DNA of 64,000 bases, taken from contig CAZJNH010000005.1 in assembly GCA_964547425.1 (NCBI GenBank), forward strand, positions 17,703-81,702. The letters run 5' to 3'. Every line of letters starts with the position of its first letter. Positions within the stretch are counted from its first letter, which is position 1. The notes under the pieces are model-generated. The model searched no databases. It was not told where the DNA came from and worked only from the letters and a program-made list of their open reading frames with translations. The DNA comes from an uncultured Candidatus Saccharibacteria bacterium (GTDB lineage: Bacteria > Patescibacteriota > Saccharimonadia > UBA4664 > CAZJNH01). The translations under genes and the position numbers were made by a program. Positions 37,304-47,491 of the stretch are shown piece after piece.

Positions 37304-38142
37304 CGAGCTGTCGCTCGCTTTTCGAATGCTTGTCGGATTTCTTCAACCGACATATTTTCCATTTGGCGGGCTTGCTGATCGGACAACCGGTCGCCCATGA
37401 CCAAATTGAGTAGGTCTTCTTTCGTTAACTCCAGACCCATCCGCTCTTTGAGCAGCAGCTCAAGGTAGGCGGGATTGAACGAGGCTGGAGGTATCCAAGT
37501 TTCCCTCAAAACCGGAGCCCGATTGCCAGATGCAACAAGAGCGGCGAATCGTTCTGAAAGGATCTGCCCAACCCGCAGATGCAAGCAGCCGATCGGCATC
37601 ACAACCCGCAAGTCATCGACCAAAGCGGCAAAAGGACGAACCACCTGTCCGATCTGGCGAAGAATAAAATCTTCGCGTTCTAGCTGCGCGGATAGATGAA
37701 GCTTATGCAGATTCCGACGAAACTCAAACTCCTCTTCGAATTGATCGAGATGCGGAGCGATCTCAACGGCGTGGAGTTGGCCGAATAAGCGATCGAACTC
37801 CGGGAAGGTTACGGGCATGTCAGCGCAGGCGATTTCGGCGCCGCACTCAAACAACACCTCAAGAAACGCCAGTCGATATGGAACCGAAAATGCCTTCGAA
37901 CTCTCCATCACTTTGCGCTCACTAGCCAGCGCGGCGGCGTCGCCGTTGGCAATCGCCTGATGCTTCTGCAGCCACTCGTCTTGCCAACCGAAGCATTCAA
38001 GCAGCAAGACGTCAGCTTCTTCTAATTGCCTGTGCAGCTCACCGAGGTCACCCAAGTCTTCCGGGATCGCGTGCGCGTGATAGAGCATATGGATATCAAC
38101 GCTCGGCGGAATTCCGAAGCTACTCTTATAGGTCCTGGACAC
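37300..38142 (-). CDS. Orphan 280-aa protein
   Basis: TATAAT -10 box and AAGAGAGG SD; H, DVLLLE, ADMP, RE, G.LH pattern faintly like the TraB/EreA-like fold. Confidence 0.65.
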   Translation of the reverse strand: MSRTYKSSFGIPPSVDIHMLYHAHAIPEDLGDLGELHRQLEEADVLLLECFGWQDEWLQKHQAIANGDAAALASERKVMESSKAFSVPYRLAFLEVLFECGAEIACADMPVTFPEFDRLFGQLHAVEIAPHLDQFEEEFEFRRNLHKLHLSAQLEREDFILRQIGQVVRPFAALVDDLRVVMPIGCLHLRVGQILSERFAALVASGNRAPVLRETWIPPASFNPAYLELLLKERMGLELTKEDLLNLVMGDRLSDQQARQMENMSVEEIRQAFEKRATAR

Positions 38143-38210
38143 AAGTTACCTCTCTTGAAGGGCTACCAAAACGGTCGAGGGAATTATATAAGAAAAACTT
38201 GGGAAGGTGA

Positions 38211-38247
38211 AAAGACGAACCCCGAAGGGTCCGCCTTCGGGGCTTAA
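38211..38247 (-). terminator. 37-bp stop-codon + terminator unit, copy 2
   Basis: Exact copy of 37267-37303. Confidence 0.85.
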
Positions 38248-39176
38248 GTCGTTGCCATCTCTGGCAAGTTAGCGGTCAGTTCGACCACCGGTTCGATCAT
38301 GGTGATGCTGTCGAGGTCGAGGTCCCATATGTTGCCGTTGTAAAGCGTTTGGACCTTCAACCTTGGCAACTCTTGATCCTTCTTCGGCACCAGCTTCAAA
38401 ACTCGCGCGATCAGCGGATCGTTTTGAGTCTTGTAGTACTCGCGTTTTTCCTTCCGCCATTGGTCGGTCCAGTCGAAGTAGTAGAACTTAACGCGATCGG
38501 CGGAAGAGAAGCGGCAATATTTGCCAATTCTGCTACTCAGCTCACCGACGAGAGAGGCGATCGCGGCACTCAACCGCTCTTTCCGTCCCGAGCTCACGTC
38601 TTCGGCAAGGCGCCACTTCGCCAGAGCTTCGTTCAGTTCCGCTACCGGTAAGAACACCGGCTCCGGGGCCAACTGGCTGGCGACCTCAACTCGGCTGTCT
38701 GGTGTTAGCCGGAAGTACTCCAGCCCACCGGCTTCCGCCATAAGAGATGGCCCAGCCCAAGTGTTTTTCTCGTTGTAGCGCAGTAGCCCTTTTTCCCGTT
38801 CGACAAGTGTCTTGCCTTGATCGTGCGTGAACTTGGTAACGGATATGTACTGATTGCCCAGCCGCCGAAGTAGCTCGACCGCTATTTTCTTGGCGCCCTT
38901 GGCGTTGCCCGCGGCTCCCTGGGCTTGGCTCTGCGCTTCGTGATACAAACGCAAAGCATCACCCAGGTCATCGGGGTCGCCGAACTCCATCTCGAAGCGC
39001 GGTGGAGGTTTGGGTTCAGCTTCTTTGCGAGCGGCCTCTTCGGCCTTGCGCTGTTCCTCCGCCTTTATTTCAGCCTCAGCCCTCAGCCGCTTGCGACGCC
39101 GGCGGAGGTTCGAGACGAGGACGAACAGGAACGTACTCCCGAGCATGATTATCACAAACCACGCGAAACGAGACAT
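38244..39176 (-). CDS. Orphan 310-aa membrane-anchored protein
   Basis: GGAGG SD; N-terminal TM, poly-Arg, coiled coil. Confidence 0.7.
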   Translation of the reverse strand: MSRFAWFVIIMLGSTFLFVLVSNLRRRRKRLRAEAEIKAEEQRKAEEAARKEAEPKPPPRFEMEFGDPDDLGDALRLYHEAQSQAQGAAGNAKGAKKIAVELLRRLGNQYISVTKFTHDQGKTLVEREKGLLRYNEKNTWAGPSLMAEAGGLEYFRLTPDSRVEVASQLAPEPVFLPVAELNEALAKWRLAEDVSSGRKERLSAAIASLVGELSSRIGKYCRFSSADRVKFYYFDWTDQWRKEKREYYKTQNDPLIARVLKLVPKKDQELPRLKVQTLYNGNIWDLDLDSITMIEPVVELTANLPEMATT

Positions 39177-39262
39177 TTCGCCTCCATATTTGGGTGCAAC
39201 CCGATAGGTCGGGGAAAATTATTATCCTTTTCGCGGCGAAATAAAAGCGTTAGTTCAATAGT

Positions 39263-39294
39263 AAAGTCCCCCGAGGGTCTCCTCAGGGGACTTT
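39263..39294. terminator. Hairpin terminator
   Basis: AAAGTCCCCCGAGG...CCTCAGGGGACTTT. Confidence 0.65.
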
Positions 39295-39340
39295 AGAAAA
39301 TCTCCGGGCACCTACCCGGTAACTGTTTGTGAGCGCCTGC

Positions 39341-40045
39341 TCACTCCCAGTTGTGCGCCTTCCAATGCGCTAGAGCCGTACACGGTTCTTTATATCGACC
39401 GGCTAAGTAATCCAAACCCCATGCGATCTGCACCCGCGGGTTGGTCAGCCAATCACCTCCATAAGCGGCCATCTTCTTGCCAGGATCGGATTGCGGGATT
39501 CCGTAAGCGTACTTGGGTGTTCCATCCGTCGTTTGCCAATGGGACTCGTGTGTCCATAGCGCGCGCAGGCAGGTCCATGCCGGGCCTGTCCACCCTCTGT
39601 CGGCGGCCATCTGCTGACCGAGTGCGAGGTTGGCAAGGTTATCGCCGTCGGGCGAATTACCACCACTAGCTCGCGTGATACTGGGCAGTTTCGTCGGAGG
39701 ATCGAGGTTCACAGACGGTGCGATCTTCTTGAAGCTCTTCGGCTGCGTCAAACGCGACATCAGCTTCCCGACAACCGGCCTCGGCGCGGGGTTAGCTATC
39801 AAACGCGACACCAGGTGCGAAACGGGGCTCGCCGCGGCCGTCTGGCCCGGGAGCGCCGGCAGTACTGGTTGTACTGGTTGCGCGGGCATTATGTCAGCCC
39901 GCGCCTGCTTGTGGCTCATCAGCGAAAATCCCACAACGGCCATACCCAGCAGAAACAAGATTTGCAATGTCCGCTGCCGCATCTTCCTTCTCCTCTCGGA
40001 TTTTGGGAGCTGCGGGCGGTCACTCTTTTTAGTTCTCCGCGGCAA
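39341..40045 (-). CDS. Secreted lysozyme-like lytic transglycosylase (actinobacterial type)
   Basis: W.CL..LW.HES.W, AYGIPQS.PG.KM..G.DW.TNP..QI.WGL.Y...RY..PC.A. Confidence 0.85.
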   Translation of the reverse strand: MPRRTKKSDRPQLPKSERRRKMRQRTLQILFLLGMAVVGFSLMSHKQARADIMPAQPVQPVLPALPGQTAAASPVSHLVSRLIANPAPRPVVGKLMSRLTQPKSFKKIAPSVNLDPPTKLPSITRASGGNSPDGDNLANLALGQQMAADRGWTGPAWTCLRALWTHESHWQTTDGTPKYAYGIPQSDPGKKMAAYGGDWLTNPRVQIAWGLDYLAGRYKEPCTALAHWKAHNWE

Positions 40046-40263
40046 CTTGCGGTGGCCTCACCTAGGCTGCCTGGCCAAAACGACCATACCGGATACTTGA
40101 GCGACTCAGGCCCTGAACATCCAAGGTCTTGTCGGGTAGCTTCCTCCTATTGTTTGGCTTTTTTCATACTCAAAGCGTCAGGGCGGTTCAAAAACCTGCC
40201 CCAACGCTAAGCGCGCCGAGTATATCAGAGGTTTTTGGCTCAGGCAAGCCAAAGCGTAATAGG

Positions 40264-40292
40264 AAAGCCCCGGGGATTCGCTCCCCGGGGCC
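40264..40292 (-). terminator. Intrinsic terminator
   Basis: GCCCCGGGGA-GCGAA-TCCCCGGGGC followed by TTT. Confidence 0.7.
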
Positions 40293-40314
40293 ATGGATCT
40301 TTGTTTTCGTCGTG

Positions 40315-40845
40315 CTACCAGCCAATGCGAACGTAGCTGATCCTGACATGCCAGATGATCCCCTGGCCGTGCGGAGCTAGCTGCTCAAACACATGCTCGT
40401 CCAGGTCAATCACCCTGCCATCAACGTAAGGGCCGTGGTCGTTCACCACACAGCTAGTTGAGCGCCCGTTGTCCAAGTCCAGGACATGGATCACGGTGCC
40501 TTTGGGCATGGGTTCGCGGTGAGCGCAGTGCCCCGGACCATCTTCGTCCCAAGACGCCTGTCCGTACTCAACGTTACCCGTTGCCACCGCAGTCTTTGCT
40601 GCCGGTGCTGCTTTGGCCACCGGCCGGCTGGCTGGCTGGGTTACTGGCCGTGGCGTTGACGCCGGGCGCGGTTTGGCCGTGAGTGCAACCGGTCTCGGCT
40701 GAACCACCCGGATCGTCACCGGCGCCGCTGGCGGCGCTGGCGACAACCAATCGATATCGGCGCTGGCCTTACCCGCCAGGAGCGAACCCGACAGCACAAC
40801 CATGGCAGAAGTTACAGCTAGAGCGGAAAATTTTGCTGTCCGCAT
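40315..40845 (-). CDS. RlpA-like double-psi beta-barrel secreted protein
   Basis: Signal peptide, Pro/Ala linker, GQASW, CAHR..PKGT, NGRS, VNDHGPY..GRVIDL. Confidence 0.85.
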   Translation of the reverse strand: MRTAKFSALAVTSAMVVLSGSLLAGKASADIDWLSPAPPAAPVTIRVVQPRPVALTAKPRPASTPRPVTQPASRPVAKAAPAAKTAVATGNVEYGQASWDEDGPGHCAHREPMPKGTVIHVLDLDNGRSTSCVVNDHGPYVDGRVIDLDEHVFEQLAPHGQGIIWHVRISYVRIGW

Positions 40846-41103
40846 CTTTCTTGACCCCTTTCGGTCCGTTTCATCCCTCCCCGGGATTCACGGGCCTTCC
40901 GAGGTGACGGAAGGGTGCGGGCGGCCGCTACAGAAGCGACACTACCCTGGTCTAGCCGGTTTTGTGGTCACTCTTTGCGAAACCTCCAATGCGGTTGGTG
41001 GCAGCGACTGGCTTAGCATTATTGACTGGGCCCGGATTCGAAGAGCGAACTTTACCCCTGTTTCGATTCCAGTCTAGGCCTAGTTAGGTGCTAAACCTCG
41101 ACT

Positions 41104-41140
41104 AGCATACTAAACAATTATGGCTCAGACAAGCCATAAT
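41104..41140 (-). promoter_or_regulatory. Promoter with operator-like palindrome
   Basis: TTGTCT-17-TATGCT; ATTATGGCT-N6-AGCCATAAT (41117-41140) covers -35. Confidence 0.6.
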
Positions 41141-41180
41141 AATGTCAAAACCAATTAACTTTTTTAACCGTAACCCAAAA

Positions 41181-41238
41181 CTTGTAATTCCCTAACCTGA
41201 AAAGGGTTACACCCTTAACAGATTGGGGAATTACAAGG
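41181..41238. repeat. 58-bp REP-like hairpin, copy 1
   Basis: 57/58 identical to 56315-56372. Confidence 0.85.
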
Positions 41239-41240
41239 TG

Positions 41241-41792
41241 CTAGCGGAGATGGGTTTTGATGGCGGTGACGGTCTCGGCAACGGCGCGGTCGAGGCTGTC
41301 GTTGGTGATCACAAAGTCGGACTGGGCCTGGCCGTCGATCAATTCTTTTTCGGCATTCAGCAACCGCTGCTGTATCACCTCGTCCGAGTCGGTCTGGCGG
41401 TCGCGCAGTCGGCGTTCCAGCACTCCGATCTTGTCCTCCAAAGTTTCACCGGGCGGTTCGATCAAGATCAGTAGCGCTTCGGGATACTTGGCCTTAACTT
41501 GGCCAGCGCCCTGAACGTCGATCTCCAAGATTATGTGATCCCCGACCTTAGGCTTCTTGGTACCATAAAAGTTTCCGTGGACTTCGGCCCACTCCAGCAG
41601 TTCGCCGCGCTTCACTCGTGCCTTAAACTCCACCTCGTCGACGTGCTCGTACTTGCCTGGTATATCATTGGATCTTGCTTCGCGGGTCGTCAACGTCTGC
41701 CCGAACTTTAACTCCGGCAATGCCTTAAATACACCTTCCAAGACCGTATTTTTACCAACTCCGGATGGCCCGGACACAACCACAATCGCCAT
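41241..41792 (-). CDS. gmk: Guanylate kinase
   Basis: SGPSGVGKNT, TTREAR, LLEWAEVHGNFYGT, LEIDVQGA. Confidence 0.95.
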   Translation of the reverse strand: MAIVVVSGPSGVGKNTVLEGVFKALPELKFGQTLTTREARSNDIPGKYEHVDEVEFKARVKRGELLEWAEVHGNFYGTKKPKVGDHIILEIDVQGAGQVKAKYPEALLILIEPPGETLEDKIGVLERRLRDRQTDSDEVIQQRLLNAEKELIDGQAQSDFVITNDSLDRAVAETVTAIKTHLR

Positions 41793-41837
41793 TACCAAAA
41801 GTATACAGCCTGCTCACTTTCCCCTACAGTAGTGCCC

Positions 41838-42398
41838 ATGAGCAATAAAAAAGTCTTAGTTTTGGTTGGTATGCCGGGGGCGGGCAAAAGCTTTTGCGTG
41901 GATTATTTGAAAGCCAAAGACATTCCCAGCGTTTACTTCGGCGGCATTACGCTTGAGGAGGTTGAGAAACGCGGGCTGCCTATCAATGAAATTAACGAAA
42001 AAATGGTCCGCGAAAGCATCCGGGCCGACGAAGGCCCCGGCGCTTACGCCAAACGGATTATCGACAAAATTGAGAAGTTATTTGCCGAGGAGCACAAGCG
42101 AGTGGTGGTCGACGGGCTGTATAGCTGGACCGAGTACACATTGTTTGAAGAGCATTTCGGGGAGCAGGCCAAATTCGTTGCGATTATCGCCCATCGGCAT
42201 CAACGTCATGAACGACTTGCGAAGCGTCCGGTGCGTCCTCTAACGAAGGAAGAGGTTGATTCGCGTGATCGGGCCGAGATCGAAAACCTAGAAAAAGGTG
42301 GCCCTATCGCCCGGGCCGATTACACCGTCTTAAACGATTCGACACCGGAAAAACTGCTCGAAGACTTCAATAAAGTCCTAGACCACATCAAGTTTTAG
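41838..42398 (+). CDS. P-loop nucleotide kinase (archaeal-type dephospho-CoA kinase-like)
   Basis: [27 protein letters not shown]. Confidence 0.75.
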   Translation: MSNKKVLVLVGMPGAGKSFCVDYLKAKDIPSVYFGGITLEEVEKRGLPINEINEKMVRESIRADEGPGAYAKRIIDKIEKLFAEEHKRVVVDGLYSWTEYTLFEEHFGEQAKFVAIIAHRHQRHERLAKRPVRPLTKEEVDSRDRAEIENLEKGGPIARADYTVLNDSTPEKLLEDFNKVLDHIKF

Positions 42399-43756
42399 CG
42401 CAGGTAATCCTTTAACTTCTTCGATTCGCGGTGTTTGCGCAGTTTGGCTAAGGCTTTGGCTTCGATTTGGCGGATGCGTTCGCGCGTGACGCCAAATTCC
42501 TGGCCGACCTCTTCGAGCGTGTGGCTGCGGCCGTCTTCGAGACCAAAGCGCATGCGCAGTATCTTCTGCTCGCGCGGCGAGAGTAGAGCCAAGACGTTGC
42601 CGACATGTTCCTTCAGTAATTGATAAGTCGCGGCCTCTTCCGGACTAACCGACTCTTCGTCTTCAATGAAATCCCCTAGTCGCGAGTCGTCCTCTTCGCC
42701 AACGGGAGCTTCAAGTGAGACGATGTCCTGCTTAATTTTCAGAATGTGGTTAACTTTCTCAACTTCCATATCCATCTCGGCGGCGATCTCTTCCGGCAGC
42801 GGTTCACGGCCCAACTCCTGGACCAATCGGCGCTGAGTCCGAATCAGTTTGTTAATCGTTTCAACCATATGCACCGGAATCCGGATGGTTCTAGCCTGGT
42901 CGGCGATGGCACGGGTAATAGCCTGGCGAATCCACCACGTCGCATAGGTCGAGAACTTATAGCCTTTTTTGTAATCGAATTTCTCAACCGCGCGGAGCAA
43001 ACCGGTGTTACCCTCCTGAATTAAGTCGAGCAGATCGAGCCCACGGCCGATGTAGCGCTTGGCGATAGAGACCACCAGCCGCATGTTGGCCTCGGCCATT
43101 TTGTCCTTGGCGTTTTTGTCGCCTTTTTCGATTTTCTTGGCCAGCTCAACCTCTTGCTCACCGGTTAAAAGCGGGATTTTGCCGATCTCACGCAAGTACA
43201 TCCGGACCGAGTCATCGGCGATGTCTTTAATGAAGTCTTCTTCGACCTCAAGGTCGTCTTCGGGCTCGTTGTCCCAAATCAGCTTTTCTTTTTGGTCAAC
43301 GATCTCAATACCCTGGTCCAGCAAAGCGGTGTAGAGCTCGTCGAGCTCGTCGATGTTTTCTTCCGCGTCCGGCACCGCGTTCAAAATTTCCTGTTGGGTA
43401 ACGAACCCTTGTTCTTTGCCCTTGACCATCAACCGCTCGATCTCGGGCGGGTAGGTGATCTTTTCTTCTTCGGCTTGGGCGGGTTTTGCCGCGGTTTTGC
43501 CCTTGGGTTTACCCTCCGCCTTGGCATTAGCCTTAGGCTTAACGGCTGTTTTAGCTGCCGGCTTAGCGGCCAATTTAGCCTTCATCTGCACCGCTGCTTT
43601 TTTGGGCTTCGGCACTGGCTCGGGGCGCTTTTGCCCGCGGGCTTTAGCCGCTACTTTACTAAATAGCGTCTTTTTTGCCTTAGCCGCCGGCTTTACTTTG
43701 GCCTGATGGCTTTTGGCTTTCGGTTTGGGGTCTGGGTTCTTTGCTGATTTTGCCAA
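42395..43756 (-). CDS. rpoD: RNA polymerase sigma factor RpoD
   Basis: [44 protein letters not shown]. Confidence 0.98.
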   Translation of the reverse strand: MAKSAKNPDPKPKAKSHQAKVKPAAKAKKTLFSKVAAKARGQKRPEPVPKPKKAAVQMKAKLAAKPAAKTAVKPKANAKAEGKPKGKTAAKPAQAEEEKITYPPEIERLMVKGKEQGFVTQQEILNAVPDAEENIDELDELYTALLDQGIEIVDQKEKLIWDNEPEDDLEVEEDFIKDIADDSVRMYLREIGKIPLLTGEQEVELAKKIEKGDKNAKDKMAEANMRLVVSIAKRYIGRGLDLLDLIQEGNTGLLRAVEKFDYKKGYKFSTYATWWIRQAITRAIADQARTIRIPVHMVETINKLIRTQRRLVQELGREPLPEEIAAEMDMEVEKVNHILKIKQDIVSLEAPVGEEDDSRLGDFIEDEESVSPEEAATYQLLKEHVGNVLALLSPREQKILRMRFGLEDGRSHTLEEVGQEFGVTRERIRQIEAKALAKLRKHRESKKLKDYLR

Positions 43757-43758
43757 CT

Positions 43759-45495
43759 CTAAAATTCTCCCTGGTTTATGCTTTGGACTTTAGCCAACAA
43801 AGCGTCACGGCGCGTGTGATCGCCGGTCTGCTCTGCTTGTTTTATTTCGCTGGTGAGCTCGTGAATGCGCTGTTTCGTAACAATGTCTTGCAAGCGGCGG
43901 GCTAAATTGTATGCCTCGGCCTTGCGGTTCGCGGGTGCCGTATCTTGATATTCTTCCTCCCCGCGCAATCCTAGAATTTTGACATAGTCGGCCAGTTCAG
44001 GCAACCCTTGAGCGATCTGGACATCCCGCGACTTGGGATCATGAGCTACCGCATGCCAAATTTGTTGGCGCTCGCTCGAAGAAAATAGCCCTTTAGACAA
44101 CTGCCCCAGCCCGTCCCGTGTCTCCGCAAAAGCTAGCACAATCGACAGCAATGAGTCCTCTACTTCTGCCTGCGCATCCTTCTTCTGTAAGTCTAATTTG
44201 TCCTCGGATGGCAAGTTAGACTTATTGGTTTGGGGTGTCAGTTTTTTGGTGACAGCGTCGGCGGATACTCCGGTGAGGTCGGCGACGAGTTTGGCATAAT
44301 GCTCCCGCTCAACCGGATCGGACAGCCTGGAGACCACCTGGGCCATCCTGGTCGAAAACTGCTTTTTGCCCAGAGCCGTATTCAGATCAAACTGGGCCTT
44401 TAGCCGGTCGAATAAATAATCCATCGCGTACCGCGCCTCCCCAACCGCCTGCTGCCACAATTTGGGGTCGCGCTTGATTAATTCATCCGGGTCTTTGGCG
44501 CCTTTCAGTTCGATGATCTTGACGGTAATGTCGAGGCCTTGGGCCAGCTCGATTGAGCGCTCGGTGGCCGCCAAACCGGCCTGGTCTTCGTCGAACGCCA
44601 GCTTAACGTTCTTGGCCAACCGGCTAATGGTCCTCAATTGGTCGGCGGTTAAAGCCGTACCGCTAGAGGCCACGGCCTGTTCTACACCCGTTTGGTGGGA
44701 GGCGATAACATCGAGGTTGCCTTCCACAAACACCGCCTCGTCATTTTCGCGAATGGCGTCCTTGGCCAAATGTAGGCCGTAAATAAGGTGGCTTTTGTTG
44801 TACAGCATCGTTTCCGGAGTGTTGAGGTACTTTGGACCGCTCTTGCCATCGTCTTCGATCAGCCGAGCCGAGAAACCGACCGGGCGGCCCTGGTTGTCGC
44901 AGACCGGCAGCATAATCCGGGACCGGAACAGATCGCGCAGACCGCGGGCGTTTTTAGTCGCCAGCCCGGATTTGATTAATTCTTCTTGGTTGAAACGTTT
45001 ATTGAGCAAAAACTGGGTTAGCGCTTCCCAGCTGTCGGGCGCGTAACCGATTTGAAAATCTTTGATCGCCTGTTTGGTGATCCCTCGGCTTTTGAGATAC
45101 CCCAGCGCGGTGGGGTTTTTGATCAGCGTTTCCTGATAATAACGTACTGCCAGCTCCATCGCGGCGTAGAGCCTTTTTTTGAACTCACCGGTTTTAGCGC
45201 TGCCGCCTCGAGGTTTTAGCTCAACCCCAGCTTTTTTAGCCAGCAACTCCAGGGCATCGCGAAACTCCAGCCCCTCCATCTTCATCACAAAGCCAAAGAT
45301 GTCACCGCCCAGCTCACAGCCGAAACAGTGCCAAATACCTTTTTCCGGGCTGACCATAAAACTCGGGGTTTTTTCCTGATGGAAAGGGCAGACCCCTTTA
45401 CGGTTGCGCCCTGCCGGCTTGAGCTGAATGTAGCCGCCAATCACGTCGGCGATGTCGAGCCTCCGCTTAATCTCCTCCACTTCGTCCATGAACAT
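43759..45495 (-). CDS. dnaG: DNA primase
   Basis: [34 protein letters not shown]. Confidence 0.98.
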   Translation of the reverse strand: MFMDEVEEIKRRLDIADVIGGYIQLKPAGRNRKGVCPFHQEKTPSFMVSPEKGIWHCFGCELGGDIFGFVMKMEGLEFRDALELLAKKAGVELKPRGGSAKTGEFKKRLYAAMELAVRYYQETLIKNPTALGYLKSRGITKQAIKDFQIGYAPDSWEALTQFLLNKRFNQEELIKSGLATKNARGLRDLFRSRIMLPVCDNQGRPVGFSARLIEDDGKSGPKYLNTPETMLYNKSHLIYGLHLAKDAIRENDEAVFVEGNLDVIASHQTGVEQAVASSGTALTADQLRTISRLAKNVKLAFDEDQAGLAATERSIELAQGLDITVKIIELKGAKDPDELIKRDPKLWQQAVGEARYAMDYLFDRLKAQFDLNTALGKKQFSTRMAQVVSRLSDPVEREHYAKLVADLTGVSADAVTKKLTPQTNKSNLPSEDKLDLQKKDAQAEVEDSLLSIVLAFAETRDGLGQLSKGLFSSSERQQIWHAVAHDPKSRDVQIAQGLPELADYVKILGLRGEEEYQDTAPANRKAEAYNLARRLQDIVTKQRIHELTSEIKQAEQTGDHTRRDALLAKVQSINQGEF

Positions 45496-45557
45496 ATTTT
45501 ACCCTAGAAATAGGAAAGAGCCCCTGGTTGGACCAGGGGCTCCCGCAACAATCCGAG

Positions 45558-45932
45558 CTACTGCGACGGAATACGGAAGTACCCGTCGGCAACCTTAGCC
45601 AGCTCCGCGAACAACTCGCGTTCGGACTCCGGCAGGGGCTTCAGCACCGCGCGGGCACGGCCGGGCGACATGCTGATCTCCGTACCGGCCAGACCTCCCT
45701 GAACGTAGCCGCCGCTTTGCAACGACACCAGGGCCGCGTCCAGTTCGCGGTACTGCCCCGAAAACGGACCGGGGATGAACACTAGCCTCCGGCCGGCAAT
45801 TCGCTGCTCGCCCAGTGACTCAACCACCACTTCGAACATCCGGTGGTGCCGATCCTCCCGGGTGTCGAGAAACTGGATCCCTCGCAGCCTTAGCGCCGCG
45901 AGGAGGTAGAGGAAGAAGTCGGTTGTGTCCAT
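45558..45932 (-). CDS. Orphan 124-aa protein
   Basis: SD-like GAGGCGG; terminator GAGCCCCTGG...CCAGGGGCTC-TTT at 45515-45542. Confidence 0.6.
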   Translation of the reverse strand: MDTTDFFLYLLAALRLRGIQFLDTREDRHHRMFEVVVESLGEQRIAGRRLVFIPGPFSGQYRELDAALVSLQSGGYVQGGLAGTEISMSPGRARAVLKPLPESERELFAELAKVADGYFRIPSQ

Positions 45933-46082
45933 CAGTTGAACCGCCTCATCTTGCTGCCGCTACGACGCCGACGGTGGTGGTACCACCAATCGGCAAGAAT
46001 ACTGCGCAACCTTTTCATCGCCACCCCCACACTCGGTGTCAAACTGCGGAGATAGATAGTCTAGCGTTAAGGAAGTGTTTGA

Positions 46083-47366
46083 TCAAGCAGGCGGCGGGGT
46101 GACACCGTTTTGTTTGATGATCTCGCTGTAGGCCGTGGCACTTGGCCTGACGGTTCGCTCAAAGGTTTTGTAGTTGATCTCGACCAAGCCAAAGCGCGGC
46201 CAAAAGCCGCTGTTCCACTCGAAGTTGTCGGTCAGCGCCCAGTGCAAATAGCCGCGGACATCGACGCCCTCTTCGATCGCCCGATGGACAGCCCGGACCA
46301 CGTTTTCGATGTACCAGCCGCGGAAGTAATCCTTGCGGTCCGCTACTCCATTTTCGGTAATGTAGACCGGTTTGTTGTAGCGTTTGAGGTTTTTTAACAC
46401 GTAATAAATCGACTCCGGATGCAGTTCCCAGCCCATGTCGGAGTGGTAAACATGCGGGCGGTCGAGCCGGATTTTGCTTTCTTTGTGCTGGTAGCGGAAG
46501 TAGTGGTTGAGCCCGATAAAGTCCTGGTGCTTGGCGATTTTGTTGAGAAAATAGTTGTTCCAAATCGCCTCGGAAAGGTGGCGCAGCAAATAATCCACCA
46601 GCCAGTGGCGGCGAAGGTCAAAGTGGATGTTGTTTTTGGACAGACCAACTTCGGCGTCCGGGTTGATTTGCTTGATTAACCGGTAGGCCTGGGTGTGGGC
46701 GCCGATCAAATGGCGGGCCACCCGGTAGGCTGTGCGAAAGCTCTTTTTCTGCGGCGGCCAGACACCTCGCCGGTAGCTGAAGTCGGTGTAAACGTCGGGT
46801 TCGTTGAGCGTAATCCAAAACTTAACGTCACCACCCAGTTCTTTAACGACCTTCTCGCAGTAGCGGAGATAGTGCTGGATCGTTTCGGCGCGCTGCCAGC
46901 CGCCCCACTCGGCCACCCAAACCGGCAAGGTCCAGTGCCACAGCGTCACAAACGGTTCCATGCCTCGGTCCTTAATCGCCTTAATAACCTGCCGGTAATG
47001 TTCAATCTCTTTGTCGCTAAACCGGCCGTCCTTCGGCTCGATCCGCGACCACTCAATCGAAACTCGCTGGGCGCTCATACCAAGCGACTGGGCGAGGTCA
47101 AAATCCTCTTCGTAGCGGCTGTAGTGGTCGGCGGCTTTACCGGAAATATAATTGCTCGGCTTGGTGGCTTGCGGCTCGATCTGCCGCCAAACGGGGCTGG
47201 TTTTGATTAACCGAAAGGCTTCAACCGCCAGCCGTTCGGCATTGGCCTTCTCCCAAAGCACCCAGTCGTTGTGGTTGTGCCCTTCGCACTGGTGGGCCGA
47301 GGAGCTGGCCCCCCACAAAAACCCTTCCGGGAACTTCAAAAACGCTTTGTTGTCCGCTTTGGCCAT
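46083..47366 (-). CDS. Glycoside hydrolase family 1 (beta-glucosidase-like)
   Basis: FLWGASSSAHQCEG, TLNEP, ITENG, DNFEW. Confidence 0.95.
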   Translation of the reverse strand: MAKADNKAFLKFPEGFLWGASSSAHQCEGHNHNDWVLWEKANAERLAVEAFRLIKTSPVWRQIEPQATKPSNYISGKAADHYSRYEEDFDLAQSLGMSAQRVSIEWSRIEPKDGRFSDKEIEHYRQVIKAIKDRGMEPFVTLWHWTLPVWVAEWGGWQRAETIQHYLRYCEKVVKELGGDVKFWITLNEPDVYTDFSYRRGVWPPQKKSFRTAYRVARHLIGAHTQAYRLIKQINPDAEVGLSKNNIHFDLRRHWLVDYLLRHLSEAIWNNYFLNKIAKHQDFIGLNHYFRYQHKESKIRLDRPHVYHSDMGWELHPESIYYVLKNLKRYNKPVYITENGVADRKDYFRGWYIENVVRAVHRAIEEGVDVRGYLHWALTDNFEWNSGFWPRFGLVEINYKTFERTVRPSATAYSEIIKQNGVTPPPA

Positions 47367-47380
47367 GCCCTAACTTTAGC

Positions 47381-47491
47381 AAACTCTAAGGACTAAACTC
47401 TAAGAACTAAGTAAAACTAAAGATTAAGATTTTGATCTTTAGTTTTGATTCTTTAATCTTACTTAGAGTTTGGTTCTTAGCTCTTAGAGTT
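47381..47491. repeat. Heptamer-built palindromic element, copy 2
   Basis: AAACTCTAAG...CTTAGAGTT; overlaps the 3' end of the 47477 ORF. Confidence 0.75.

Noticed and set aside
37267-38247. CRISPR array or classical integron attC sites
   Set aside because: Only two copies about 940 bp apart, with no cas or intI gene and no RYYYAAC/GTTRRRY ends.
40950-41065. RNase P RNA-like words (ACAAAACCGGCT, AATCCGGGC)
   Set aside because: Spacing is far too short and there is no GAGGAAAGTCC, so this is probably chance.
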